From positions 26,383 through 90,382 of the forward strand of contig CAKOOC010000002.1 in NCBI GenBank assembly GCA_934098375.1: DNA of 64,000 nucleotides, given 5' to 3'. The stretch's first letter is position 1; each line of letters starts with the position of its first letter. The DNA is from an uncultured Bacilli bacterium (GTDB lineage Bacteria; Bacillota_I; Bacilli_A; RF39; UBA660). The notes beneath the pieces are model-generated. The model saw nothing but the letters and a program-made list of their open reading frames with translations, did no database searches and was not told where the DNA came from. This document shows positions 1 through 11,288 of this stretch, one piece after another. A program made the position numbers and the translations under genes.

Positions 1-684
1 GCAGGATCTTGTCTTTCTAAATTAGAGGAAAAATTAAATGAAAACTATTTAAGTATGAAAGACATAAATTATATTTTAATAAGCCATACTCACACTGATC
101 ACACATCTAGTTTAAAGGCGATTACAAAAAAATATAATCCCGTAATAATACTAACCCCTTTAATGTTAAAAGATTTAGATTATTTGGAAGATTATAAAAA
201 CATAATGTTTTTAGAAGATAATCTAATTATTAATGATGTTTTAATAGAGAATATAAAAACCAGTCATGACACCACTGATTCTAGAGGGTTCATTATTACG
301 GAAGGAACTTCATCCGTTGTTCAAATAACTGATACTGGTTATTTAAATCAAAAATATTTCAATAAGTTAAAAAACAAAAACATGTATATCATGGAAAGTA
401 ACCATAATGTTGAGATGCTTTTAAATGGTAGATATCCTAAATGGTTAAAAGCAAGAGTAAATTCAGATGTAGGACACTTATCTAATGAATCATGCTCCTT
501 TTACTTAAGCAAAATAATTGGACCTGACACTAAAAAAATAATTTTAGCCCATTTATCTGAAGAAAATAACACACCCGAGTTAGCACTAAATACTATTAAG
601 AAAGAATTTGCTGAAAATGATATCTTTTTTGAAAACATTGAAACAGCTAAACAAAATGAGAAAACGGATGCGGTGGAAATATGA
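1..684 (+). CDS. MBL-fold metallo-hydrolase (YycJ/WalJ-like), 5' partial
   Basis: The reading frame is open from nt 1, so the N-terminus lies upstream of the window. An HxHxDH metallo-beta-lactamase motif (ISHTHTDH) is present. The next gene is rlmH, as in the Bacillus yycJ-rlmH neighbourhood. Confidence 0.6.
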   Translation, partial: AGSCLSKLEEKLNENYLSMKDINYILISHTHTDHTSSLKAITKKYNPVIILTPLMLKDLDYLEDYKNIMFLEDNLIINDVLIENIKTSHDTTDSRGFIITEGTSSVVQITDTGYLNQKYFNKLKNKNMYIMESNHNVEMLLNGRYPKWLKARVNSDVGHLSNESCSFYLSKIIGPDTKKIILAHLSEENNTPELALNTIKKEFAENDIFFENIETAKQNEKTDAVEI

Positions 685-1115
685 TAAGAATTATCTGTGT
701 TGGTAAATTAAAAGAAAATTATATGGTTAATATGGTAGAAGATTATTTGAAACGTATTAACAAATATCACAAAATAGAAGTAATAGAACTGCCTGATAGT
801 AACCAAAAAGAAGAAAATGAACGAATTTTAAAAAAATTAAACAATAAAAATTATAAAGTCGCTTTAGCGTTAAATGGTCAAAAAATGGACTCTATATCTT
901 TTGCTAAATTTATTCATGAACATTTAATGTTTGATGCTAATATCGATTTTATAATTGGTGGATCTGATGGATTAAATGATACTGTCTTAAGAGAAGCTGA
1001 TTTTTTACTATCATTTAGTGATCTAACTTTTCCTCATGGATTATTTAGAGGATTATTACTAGAACAAATTTACAGGGGATTTAAAATAATAAATAATGAA
1101 ACATATCATAAGTGA
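681..1115 (+). CDS. rlmH: 23S rRNA (pseudouridine1915-N3)-methyltransferase RlmH (SPOUT)
   Basis: The 144-aa product has typical RlmH length and N-terminus (MIRIICVGKLKE...). Its start overlaps the upstream stop by 4 nt. Confidence 0.8.
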   Translation: MIRIICVGKLKENYMVNMVEDYLKRINKYHKIEVIELPDSNQKEENERILKKLNNKNYKVALALNGQKMDSISFAKFIHEHLMFDANIDFIIGGSDGLNDTVLREADFLLSFSDLTFPHGLFRGLLLEQIYRGFKIINNETYHK

Positions 1116-1124
1116 GGTATTTTT

Positions 1125-1550
1125 ATGGATGAATTAATATATGTTGTTGGCACTGCCTTTGTAAAAGATGGAAAATTATTGATAAGCATGTCACAAAGAA
1201 GTAGCAAAAAAGGAAAATTCACTTTAGTTGGTGGCGGTGTTGAAAAAGGAGAAACTTTTAAAGAAGCAGCTAGAAGAGAAATAAGAGAAGAAATTGCCAA
1301 TGGTTTTGATATTAGTGAAGACGAATTAAAAGAAATATTATGCTTTAGAGAACCGGCTTTATCTGATCCTAGTTTGATGATCGAAATGCATATGATGCTT
1401 GCCTTAAAAGATGTAGATGTCGAACTACTTCCTAATGATGAAATTATTGAATATCGCTGGCTTTCTTTAGGCGACGATGAAAGTATTTTAGCATCTGCTA
1501 TTAAGGATCATTTTATTCCTTGGGCAAAAGAAAATAAAATTATGTATTAG
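1125..1550 (+). CDS. NUDIX hydrolase
   Basis: A Nudix box is present: GGGVEKGETFKEAARREIREEIANGF (GX5EX7REUXEEXGU). Confidence 0.75.
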   Translation: MDELIYVVGTAFVKDGKLLISMSQRSSKKGKFTLVGGGVEKGETFKEAARREIREEIANGFDISEDELKEILCFREPALSDPSLMIEMHMMLALKDVDVELLPNDEIIEYRWLSLGDDESILASAIKDHFIPWAKENKIMY

Positions 1551-1558
1551 GAGTCTTT

Positions 1559-2218
1559 ATGATTGGAAATGATTGGGACGAAAAATTAAGCATTATTTGG
1601 CATAGTGCTGGATTTAAAAATTTTATGAAAATTGTGGAAAGAGAATATAATACTAAAATTATATATCCACCTAAAAATTATATATTTAATGCATTAAAAT
1701 TAACGCCTTATCATAATGTTAAGGTTGTTATAGTCGGGCAAGATCCATATCATGGTGAAGGTGAAGCTCATGGCTTATCCTTTTCTGTTCAAAAAGGCAT
1801 TAAATTACCACCATCACTAAGAAATATTTATAAAGAAATCTATGACGACTTAGGCATTGAAGAACCTAATAACGGTGACTTAACATCATGGGCTAAAGAA
1901 GGAGTTTTATTATTAAACTCTTCCCTAACCGTTGAAAAGGATAAACCAAATTCCCATCAAAAGTTAGGTTGGAGTAATTTAACTGATTATATAATTAAAG
2001 TACTAAATGCTAAAGAAGAACCTGTCGTTTTTATATTGTGGGGTGCCTTTGCTAGAAGCAAAAAAGTATTTATTACTAATCCTAAGCATTTAATTATTGA
2101 ATCAGCCCATCCTTCACCTTTTAGTGCTAATTATGGTTTCTTTGGTAGTCATCCTTTTTCCAAAGCAAATCAGTTTCTTGAAAATAATGGTATTGAAAAA
2201 ATTAATTGGCAATTATAA
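1559..2218 (+). CDS. ung: uracil-DNA glycosylase
   Basis: The family-1 UDG water-activating motif VVIVGQDPYHGEGEAHGLSF is present. The product is 219 aa with an AGGAG RBS. Confidence 0.9.
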   Translation: MIGNDWDEKLSIIWHSAGFKNFMKIVEREYNTKIIYPPKNYIFNALKLTPYHNVKVVIVGQDPYHGEGEAHGLSFSVQKGIKLPPSLRNIYKEIYDDLGIEEPNNGDLTSWAKEGVLLLNSSLTVEKDKPNSHQKLGWSNLTDYIIKVLNAKEEPVVFILWGAFARSKKVFITNPKHLIIESAHPSPFSANYGFFGSHPFSKANQFLENNGIEKINWQL

Positions 2219-2320
2219 TACACAAAATTTTAAAATGCGTGTTAAACGACAAAATTAAATATAAGTTATTGCTTATATTTTTTTTATTTTATACCATAAT
2301 AATATGAGGAGTTGATAAAA

Positions 2321-2767
2321 ATGACAAATAAAGAAATACAAGAAAAAATTGCTGAATTAAGCAAAGAAATAGACAAGTTAGGAAGCAAAATAAAAGATGA
2401 AGGCGAAACCATCGCGATTAAAGGTTTATACGCTAAAGACGATTTAGAAAAATTTGCTGATAGCACTAAAAAGAGTTTAGAAGAAACTAAAGGCGATTTA
2501 AAAGATTTAAGTAAAAAAAGCAAAAATAAACTATCACTAGGTTTAGAAAAATTAGAAGAAACTCTTAAAAATGAAAAAGAAAAGTTAGAGTTAAAAAAAG
2601 AAGCAAGAGATGCTGAAAAATTAGAAAAATACATAAATAATAAATTGGATTATGCAAAAGATGCTGTATCTCTATCATTATTAGCTGCAAAGGAAGCTAA
2701 AGAAGCCTTTTTAGAAGCAGTTGAAGCTCAAATTGAATACGACGAATTATATAATAATAAAGATTAA
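2321..2767 (+). CDS. hypothetical Lys/Glu-rich coiled-coil protein
   Basis: The ORF track starts at TTG 2312. ATG 2321 is preferred because a GAGGAG RBS sits at 2306-2311. The composition is a low-complexity K/E/L heptad pattern. Confidence 0.45.
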   Translation: MTNKEIQEKIAELSKEIDKLGSKIKDEGETIAIKGLYAKDDLEKFADSTKKSLEETKGDLKDLSKKSKNKLSLGLEKLEETLKNEKEKLELKKEARDAEKLEKYINNKLDYAKDAVSLSLLAAKEAKEAFLEAVEAQIEYDELYNNKD

Positions 2768-2815
2768 CTTGCTAAGTAGCAAGTTTTTTTCATAAAAAAA
2801 ACGCTTATGCGTTTA
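2768..2815. terminator. bidirectional intrinsic terminators between convergent genes
   Basis: The + strand hairpin is cttgcta-agt-agcaag followed by T7 (2768-2790). The - strand hairpin aacgc-ttat-gcgtt is followed by a run of A on the + strand, which is a T-run on the - strand (2792-2815). Confidence 0.6.
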
Positions 2816-3361
2816 TAATTTAAAATCTTTAATATCATCATCAAACATATCTTTTCCATCAAAAAATGCTTGCACTTTAATATGATGAATAAAAGCAATA
2901 ATATTAGAAGGAAATTTCTTAATTGTTTTATTTAATAAACTAGTATATTTATTATAAAATGATTTTGTTGCTTCTAACTTTTCATTAATACGATATAAAT
3001 CTTCATAATAATTAGTAAACCCTTCATTTTTATCAAGTTCATCATAGTCTAATTTAATTTTATCTATAAGAGCATTTAATTCCGCTAGTTTTCTTTCAAA
3101 ATCAAAACTTGAAATATTAACATTTTTTAAATTTTTAAACTCATTAAAAGCTTTATCCGTTGCATCAGTTTCACCTGTAATAATATCTATTAACATATCT
3201 AATGTATCGTATTTTTTTCTTAAATGTTCATCAATTATACTTTCTGCTTCATTAATTTTAATTTTATATGCTTGTAAGTTATTATAATAAATAACATATA
3301 TCATAGTTACAATTCCAACAAATATAATAATTGTTAGTAAAATTGTCATTATACTATCCAT
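2813..3361 (-). CDS. LemA family protein
   Basis: It has a single N-terminal TM helix, then YNNLQ...IDEHLRKKYDTLDMLIDII and a C-terminal ...YNKYTSLLNKTIKKFPSNIIA that match LemA family landmarks. Confidence 0.55.
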   Translation of the reverse strand: MDSIMTILLTIIIFVGIVTMIYVIYYNNLQAYKIKINEAESIIDEHLRKKYDTLDMLIDIITGETDATDKAFNEFKNLKNVNISSFDFERKLAELNALIDKIKLDYDELDKNEGFTNYYEDLYRINEKLEATKSFYNKYTSLLNKTIKKFPSNIIAFIHHIKVQAFFDGKDMFDDDIKDFKL

Positions 3362-3445
3362 AATTTCACCACTATCATTGTACTAAATTTTTATTTTTTA
3401 ATCAATTGAATTATGCTATAATTTTTTTATAAAAGAGGATAAATT

Positions 3446-3970
3446 ATGAAAATAAAAAAATTAGTATTAGGACCCTTAGAAACTAACTGCTATATTATAA
3501 GTCAAAATAATAAATCATTAATAATAGATCCAGCTGATGATGAAGAAAAAATCTTGGCAAGTGCTCCTCATGAAATTGTAGGAATAATAATAACTCATTA
3601 TCACTTCGATCATATTGGTGCCCTTTTAAAATTAAAAGAAAAACTTTCCTGCCCTATTTATGACTTTCAAACATTAAAAGAAGGAACAAATAACATAAAT
3701 GGTTTTTCTTTTGAAATGATAAAAGCGCCCGGTCATAAAGAAGATTTAATATCATTATTATTTGAGGATCATTTATTTTGTGGTGACTTTATTTTTAAAG
3801 GAACAATTGGTAGGTGGGACCTAGAAGGTGGATCATTTATAGATATGCAAAAAAGTATCAAAAAGGTTTTAACTTACAATGAAAACATTATTATTCACCC
3901 AGGTCATGGAGAAGATACGACTTTAAAAAAGGAAAAACAAAACTTATTAATCTATTTAAAAAAGGACTAA
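3446..3970 (+). CDS. MBL-fold metallo-hydrolase (glyoxalase II-like)
   Basis: It carries the HxHxDH motif ITHYHFDH and later His/Asp ligands (PGHKED, HPGHGE). An extended -10 (TGCTATAAT) lies upstream. Confidence 0.65.
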   Translation: MKIKKLVLGPLETNCYIISQNNKSLIIDPADDEEKILASAPHEIVGIIITHYHFDHIGALLKLKEKLSCPIYDFQTLKEGTNNINGFSFEMIKAPGHKEDLISLLFEDHLFCGDFIFKGTIGRWDLEGGSFIDMQKSIKKVLTYNENIIIHPGHGEDTTLKKEKQNLLIYLKKD

Positions 3971-3976
3971 AATGTC

Positions 3977-4318
3977 CTAATATGTAATTTCTGAATAAGC
4001 ATGACTATAATTTATTTTTTCATCAAATTCTACATAATTTAAATAAATAAGTAAAATCAATTGCCAGTTTCCCGTATTTGGATCACTCATAACCAAGTGA
4101 TCTTTTCCAGCTTCTTCAATGATACCTTCAAAAATTTTATCACGCCATTTCTCAGAATCCGGAAACGAAAAATACGCTTTAGCTTTTTTTCCTTTATTAA
4201 GTCTTAAAATATTTTCAATATAACTTTGTTCATTATCTACATTTCCGCCACCAATTGGTGCTGTATTTAAATTCATTTCTTTAGGAAATTGTGCATTAGG
4301 ATAGTAACTACCATTCAT
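3977..4318 (-). CDS. hypothetical protein
   Basis: The 113-aa ORF is convergent with the MBL gene. No motif was recognised. Confidence 0.35.
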   Translation of the reverse strand: MNGSYYPNAQFPKEMNLNTAPIGGGNVDNEQSYIENILRLNKGKKAKAYFSFPDSEKWRDKIFEGIIEEAGKDHLVMSDPNTGNWQLILLIYLNYVEFDEKINYSHAYSEITY

Positions 4319-4440
4319 AAAAAATTCACCTCTATTTAAAGGTATGTAATTTAAAAGAAAATATGAAAAATTATATTTGTATTTTTATTTACATTCATAT
4401 ATGTTAAGATATATTATAGAATAAAGAAAGAAGGAAAAAT

Positions 4441-5073
4441 ATGAAAAAAACTTTAATTGGCGCTTTCATTGGTATCGTTTTAAGTGCTTTTGTATTTGGC
4501 ATTTTGTGTGTAGCAAATATCGTGACTTTTAAAAACAACAACAATGGAAATAATAATAGCTCTGCTCATATTACAACGATTAATAATGTTTCTGATCTTT
4601 TAACACCTGAAGATATATCTAAAAATCTTAAAGACTTAACTAAAACCGAAAACGACTGGAATTTAACATTTTCTTGTAATTTATATAACGAAGAAGAAAA
4701 AAGATGTGAAAACAGCAGTGTCACAATTGATGATATTATAAAAACTAATACTGATTTAGTTACTTGCGGTACTACTAAAATAATAAAAAATGATAAATAC
4801 TATATTTTAGAAGAGGGAACTAATTGTGGCATAGATAAGTTTAGTTTTATAATTTACTCTAAAGAAGGTAAAAAATTATATGAAGAACAAAAAGGAACTA
4901 GTTATTTAAATAGAAGTTATATTGAAGATAACATCTATTATTACAATACTTATGAAGAGGCTGGTGATAATAACGATAAACTATTTTATAAGTCAATAAA
5001 CCTAAATGCAAATGAAATTACTAGTAAAACTATTAAAAGTAAATTAATTGATAAATTACCTGAAACGGAATAA
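4441..5073 (+). CDS. hypothetical membrane-anchored/secreted protein
   Basis: It has an N-terminal hydrophobic anchor, an Asn-rich linker (NNNNGNNNSS), and a sigma-A-like promoter at 4395-4425. Confidence 0.45.
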   Translation: MKKTLIGAFIGIVLSAFVFGILCVANIVTFKNNNNGNNNSSAHITTINNVSDLLTPEDISKNLKDLTKTENDWNLTFSCNLYNEEEKRCENSSVTIDDIIKTNTDLVTCGTTKIIKNDKYYILEEGTNCGIDKFSFIIYSKEGKKLYEEQKGTSYLNRSYIEDNIYYYNTYEEAGDNNDKLFYKSINLNANEITSKTIKSKLIDKLPETE

Positions 5074-5112
5074 AAATTAAATGATGAATAAAGAAAATGC
5101 CCTAAATATTTG

Positions 5113-5141
5113 TTGACATTTACCTAGATTTATAGTATTAT
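5113..5141 (+). promoter_or_regulatory. sigma-A type promoter of the lysS leader
   Basis: TTGACA, a 17-nt spacer, then TATTAT. Confidence 0.55.
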
Positions 5142-5147
5142 CTAGGC

Positions 5148-7279
<2,132 letters not shown>

Positions 7280-7292
7280 AATTATTAAAAAT

Positions 7293-7314
7293 GAGGGAAA
7301 AACCCTCTTTTTTT
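7293..7314 (+). terminator. intrinsic terminator after lysS
   Basis: Hairpin gaggg-aaaaa-ccctc followed by T7. Confidence 0.6.
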
Positions 7315-7383
7315 GTCGAAAAACCGTAAAAATTCTATTGAATACTTGAAATTATGCTATAATGTTCGTAGAGGAGGTTAAAA

Positions 7384-8790
7384 ATGAAAAAAGAAGCAAA
7401 AAAACATGATCTTGTTAAAATTGCTGGCATAATGGTTTTAATTTCAGTACTATTAACTTGGTTAATTCCTCAAGGAATGTTTCAAAATGGATCATTATCT
7501 GTTGGGGATATTACCCGTGTAGGAATCTTTGATTTCTTCACATATGGTTTACTTGGTATGTATTACTTTACCGTATTAGTAACATTTTTATTTGTTCTAG
7601 GCGGATTTTACCAAGTATTATCTAAAACTGGCGGCTATCAAAAATTAACAGACAAGATTGCTAAAACATTTAAAGGAAAGGAAATCTTATTTGCATTAGT
7701 AGTTTCATTCTTAATTGCTGCACTTAGTGCTGTAACAAATGAATACATATTACTAATATCTGTTGCACCTTTAATTATTACCATTGCAAGAAAAATGAAT
7801 TTAGATAAATTAACTGCATTTAATATTACATTTGGTTCTATTTTAATTGGTGTTTTAGGATCAATTTATAGTCCTAAGGTAGTTGGCTTAAGCGTATCAT
7901 ATCTTACTACTGATTATAATACACTTATGTGGGCTAAATTAGTAATATTTGCTTTATCTTTCTTAGCTTATAATACTTTTACTGTTTTACACTTAATCAA
8001 AACAAAGAAAAGTTCTAAAAAAGATGAACAAATTGAAGAATTATTTGTTAGCGAAGAAACTACTGCCAAAACCAAAGTATGGCCATTAGTAGTTGTATTA
8101 TCAATTTTCTTTGTAGTAGCTATCTTAGCATACTTACCATGGGAAAGCGTATTCAAAATTACTTGGTTTACTAAAGCTACTGAAAGTATCACAACTTTTA
8201 AAATTTTAGATGAACCAATCTTTGGTTATATTCTAGGAAGCAGTTTACTAGCTTTCGGTAAGTGGGATATTTTTGGTATTCAAGTCTTAATGCTAATTAC
8301 AACACTTGTAATTAAATGGATTTATAAAATTAAATTTGATGAATTCTTAGAAGCATATGGTGAAGGCTTTAAAAAAGTTGGCAAATTAGTAGTATTATTA
8401 CTATTATGCTACTTAGTTCTAGAATTTGCTGTAATGTTCCCTGTTCTACCTACAATAGTAGATTGGATTGTTGGATTAAGTTCTAAATTTAATGTTTTAC
8501 TATCAACAATTTCTGGTTTATTATCATCTATGTTTACTGTTGAATATCAATACACAGCTAATTTAATAGGAACTTATTTAGTTTCAACATTTGCTGATTA
8601 CAAAGAACAAATCGCATTAATGCTTCAATCAACATTTGGTTTAGCAAGCATGTTTACTCCAAGTTCAGCTATTCTTCTTGTCGGTTTAGGATATTTAGGA
8701 ATAACTTACAAAGAATGGATGAAATACATTTGGAAATTCTTATTAATTATGTTTGCCGTAATCATTATAATAATGTTAATAATTTGTTAA
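7384..8790 (+). CDS. YfcC-family (DcuC-like) polytopic membrane transporter
   Basis: The 468-aa product has about 12 TM segments. Its N-terminal pattern (GLLGMYYFTVLVTF...GGFYQVLSKTGG) resembles YfcC/putative C4-dicarboxylate carrier proteins. Confidence 0.5.
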   Translation: MKKEAKKHDLVKIAGIMVLISVLLTWLIPQGMFQNGSLSVGDITRVGIFDFFTYGLLGMYYFTVLVTFLFVLGGFYQVLSKTGGYQKLTDKIAKTFKGKEILFALVVSFLIAALSAVTNEYILLISVAPLIITIARKMNLDKLTAFNITFGSILIGVLGSIYSPKVVGLSVSYLTTDYNTLMWAKLVIFALSFLAYNTFTVLHLIKTKKSSKKDEQIEELFVSEETTAKTKVWPLVVVLSIFFVVAILAYLPWESVFKITWFTKATESITTFKILDEPIFGYILGSSLLAFGKWDIFGIQVLMLITTLVIKWIYKIKFDEFLEAYGEGFKKVGKLVVLLLLCYLVLEFAVMFPVLPTIVDWIVGLSSKFNVLLSTISGLLSSMFTVEYQYTANLIGTYLVSTFADYKEQIALMLQSTFGLASMFTPSSAILLVGLGYLGITYKEWMKYIWKFLLIMFAVIIIIMLIIC

Positions 8791-8871
8791 TCATAAGTCG
8801 GTTTATCCGGCTTTTTTTGTGTCAGAATATATTTTTATCAATTTATATGCTATTATTATAAAGGTGATACT

Positions 8872-10506
8872 ATGGATGAATATACAAAACAAATTTTGCA
8901 AGAATATCCCGATTATAAAGAATATCTTAAAGATATATTAGTTATTTCACCTGAAGAAATGAAAGAATTACTTTCTAACAAATTAAATTATAAATTACTT
9001 GTTACAAAGTTCTTAAGAAATCCTAGATATCGCAATTATCTTTTTAGAGTATTTAAAGGTGATTTTCCTGAAATTAAAATATGTCATTTTGTAAATGAAG
9101 ATTTAAGTAACTGCATTACTTTAACAAAAATTAATTTTTTAGAACAAGTATTTAAACTCCAAAAAGAAAAAAGTATAAAATTTACGGATGAAGATTTAAA
9201 GTTAATAAGTAGATTAAAAAAATATGTTACTTATGATTCATTTATTAAGGATTATAAAGATAAAGATATCGATTGTTTTATAGAAGGAGAGCATTATCAC
9301 GTTTTAGGCCGCGATATTATCGATTTTATTGAATTACCCGAAGCTACTTATCAAAAATTAATTTCGGAAAATGCTCCATTTCGTAATATTAGATTAGATT
9401 ATATGTTTTATATAGTTTCTAATTTTTTTATCAATAATGACATTGATGCTAATTATGTTTTTCCTGAAGACTTAAAAAAGAAAATAAATAATATAACCCT
9501 TTTCAAAGATTATGATTTTGAAAGTATAAATGAAACATATAAAGATGTTAATTCATCTGCTAGTAAAACCCACATAGACCAAAACTTAGAAGCGGCAATA
9601 TTAAGTGGCATGGAAGAAGATTATACCTTATTAGAAAAAGCCATTTATATTTATTTAAAAATGTGTAACATATTAACATATAATGATGAATATTATGCAT
9701 CTGAGCAATTAGGTAAGCATTTAGATAAACATCGAGATATTAATTATCTTTCTTCCATAAATTTGCAAAACAGAGAAGCTGTATGTTACGAATTTAATGC
9801 CATATATGCTTACATGTTAAATAAATTAGGTATTCACTTTGAAGTTTTTTCTTTTGAAGAATCAGATAGTTACGGCGAAGGCCACGAAAATCTTATTTTT
9901 AGAGTAGACAAATATTTAGTAAAAGCTGATTCTGTAGATACAATATTTTATGGTGATATGTTTAATACCAAGGTTGGTGAGCCAACCACTGGGATCTCTT
10001 GTGTTAATCAAAATGAAGAAACCAAAGCTGAATTTGCTTATGCTTTAAAACATGTTTATAATGCTATAAAAAGTGAAGAAGAATATCGTCAAAAATATTA
10101 TCAAAAAGTATCTGATTTAGAAGTATTACAACAATTATATGGTAAAGATAGTCCTAAAATATCTTTTAATGAAAGAATAAAAATGATGTTAGAATATGTT
10201 GATACTAGTAATTTTACTGGCATTGCAGCTTATAATTATTTATTATATCTTCGAAAAAAACTATATACAAAAGAAGAACAAGAAAAATTACTTATTCAAA
10301 TAGTAAAAAACAATTTGCCAGAAGAAAGTACCAAAGATGCGTCAAGCATTGCTCTTATTTTTGTTGACGGTAATGAACCTTTATATTTTATTTACGAACC
10401 ATTTAAGCCTTTAAGAAAAGTTAACAAGGAAGAATTAAATAATTTATTTAATAACAAAGAATTAGTAAGTATATATAAGCAAACAGAAATAACTAGAAAA
10501 TTATAA
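8872..10506 (+). CDS. hypothetical protein with possible transglutaminase-like (Cys-His-Asp) core
   Basis: The 544-aa product contains AVCYEFNAIYAYMLNKLGIHF (compare G-x-C-x-x-F-A-x-x-F...G-I), then GHENLIF and DSVD downstream. Confidence 0.35.
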   Translation: MDEYTKQILQEYPDYKEYLKDILVISPEEMKELLSNKLNYKLLVTKFLRNPRYRNYLFRVFKGDFPEIKICHFVNEDLSNCITLTKINFLEQVFKLQKEKSIKFTDEDLKLISRLKKYVTYDSFIKDYKDKDIDCFIEGEHYHVLGRDIIDFIELPEATYQKLISENAPFRNIRLDYMFYIVSNFFINNDIDANYVFPEDLKKKINNITLFKDYDFESINETYKDVNSSASKTHIDQNLEAAILSGMEEDYTLLEKAIYIYLKMCNILTYNDEYYASEQLGKHLDKHRDINYLSSINLQNREAVCYEFNAIYAYMLNKLGIHFEVFSFEESDSYGEGHENLIFRVDKYLVKADSVDTIFYGDMFNTKVGEPTTGISCVNQNEETKAEFAYALKHVYNAIKSEEEYRQKYYQKVSDLEVLQQLYGKDSPKISFNERIKMMLEYVDTSNFTGIAAYNYLLYLRKKLYTKEEQEKLLIQIVKNNLPEESTKDASSIALIFVDGNEPLYFIYEPFKPLRKVNKEELNNLFNNKELVSIYKQTEITRKL

Positions 10507-10540
10507 ATATAAAAGCTGATATTTTACCTAATTATTAATA

Positions 10541-10568
10541 TAAAAAAAGCGTATTATCGCTTTTTTTA
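10541..10568. terminator. bidirectional terminator
   Basis: Hairpin agcg-tattat-cgct flanked by an A-run on one side and a T-run on the other. Confidence 0.5.
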
Positions 10569-10970
10569 GTTGATTTTGTCCAAGTTGCCATTTATAATTA
10601 TTGGACTAAACCCAATGATTTCATCTTTTAATAATCCCTCGGGAATATCATTCATCATATATATTGTTTTACCTAATCTAAATGCATCATACATTTCTAA
10701 GAATGTTGCTCCACCAATATAATTGTCTATCCCATTTTTAGTGTAATTTAAAACTAATACGGCGTCCACTGAAGAAATAACTCCTTCACTGTGTTTAAAC
10801 ATTTTGCCTTTCCAACTAGCATGATCCTTAGTACCACGATACTTAGCTTCCGTTTCCGGACAATCATAACAATTAGGTAAAATTATTGTATGACCATTTT
10901 GTTCAAGTTTTTCTTTAATCGTGGGAATTTTTTCATAAAACGCTTTACTACAAATAACGAATACTTTCAT
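10566..10970 (-). CDS. nucleoside 2-deoxyribosyltransferase-like small protein
   Basis: The 134-aa product starts MKVFVICS... and has a C-terminal LNYTKNGIDNYIGGATFLEMYDAFRLGKTIY that fits the NDT-like Rossmann pattern. Confidence 0.4.
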   Translation of the reverse strand: MKVFVICSKAFYEKIPTIKEKLEQNGHTIILPNCYDCPETEAKYRGTKDHASWKGKMFKHSEGVISSVDAVLVLNYTKNGIDNYIGGATFLEMYDAFRLGKTIYMMNDIPEGLLKDEIIGFSPIIINGNLDKIN

Positions 10971-11051
10971 ATTACCTCCATAAAAAATTATATCATACCT
11001 TATTTGTTTAATTAAAATCGTTTAACTGTGGTTGACACAAAAAGTAATTAA

Positions 11052-11080
11052 TGTTAAAATCTTTAATTGTAATGCGGTGA
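11052..11080 (+). promoter_or_regulatory. sigma-A type promoter of the pheST leader
   Basis: TTGACA, a 17-nt spacer, then TAAAAT. Confidence 0.55.
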
Positions 11081-11084
11081 TTAT

Positions 11085-11288
11085 ATCTAAGTAGTTAATT
11101 AAGACATTTTAAAGAGAGTAAATATTATTAGCTGAGAGTATTTATAAAAAACTTAATTGATGAATTTCAATATATGAGCATTAATCGTTGTGAGCGTTAA
11201 TCATTAAAGTGCATGTAAATCATGAAATAAGGTGGTACCGTGGCCATATGTCACCCTTATATTTGTGATTTTTTTTATGGAGGAAAAA
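11085..11288 (+). promoter_or_regulatory. T-box riboswitch leader (pheST)
   Basis: T-box sequence AAGGTGGTACCGTGG at 11229-11243. An AGAGA element is at ~11112. A terminator helix plus T8 lies at 11244-11276. Confidence 0.65.

Noticed and set aside
11232-11288. Longer PheS N-terminus (MVPWPYVTLIFVIFFMEEK...)
   Set aside because: The extension is encoded by the T-box terminator hairpin and T-run. A GGAGG RBS precedes ATG 11289.
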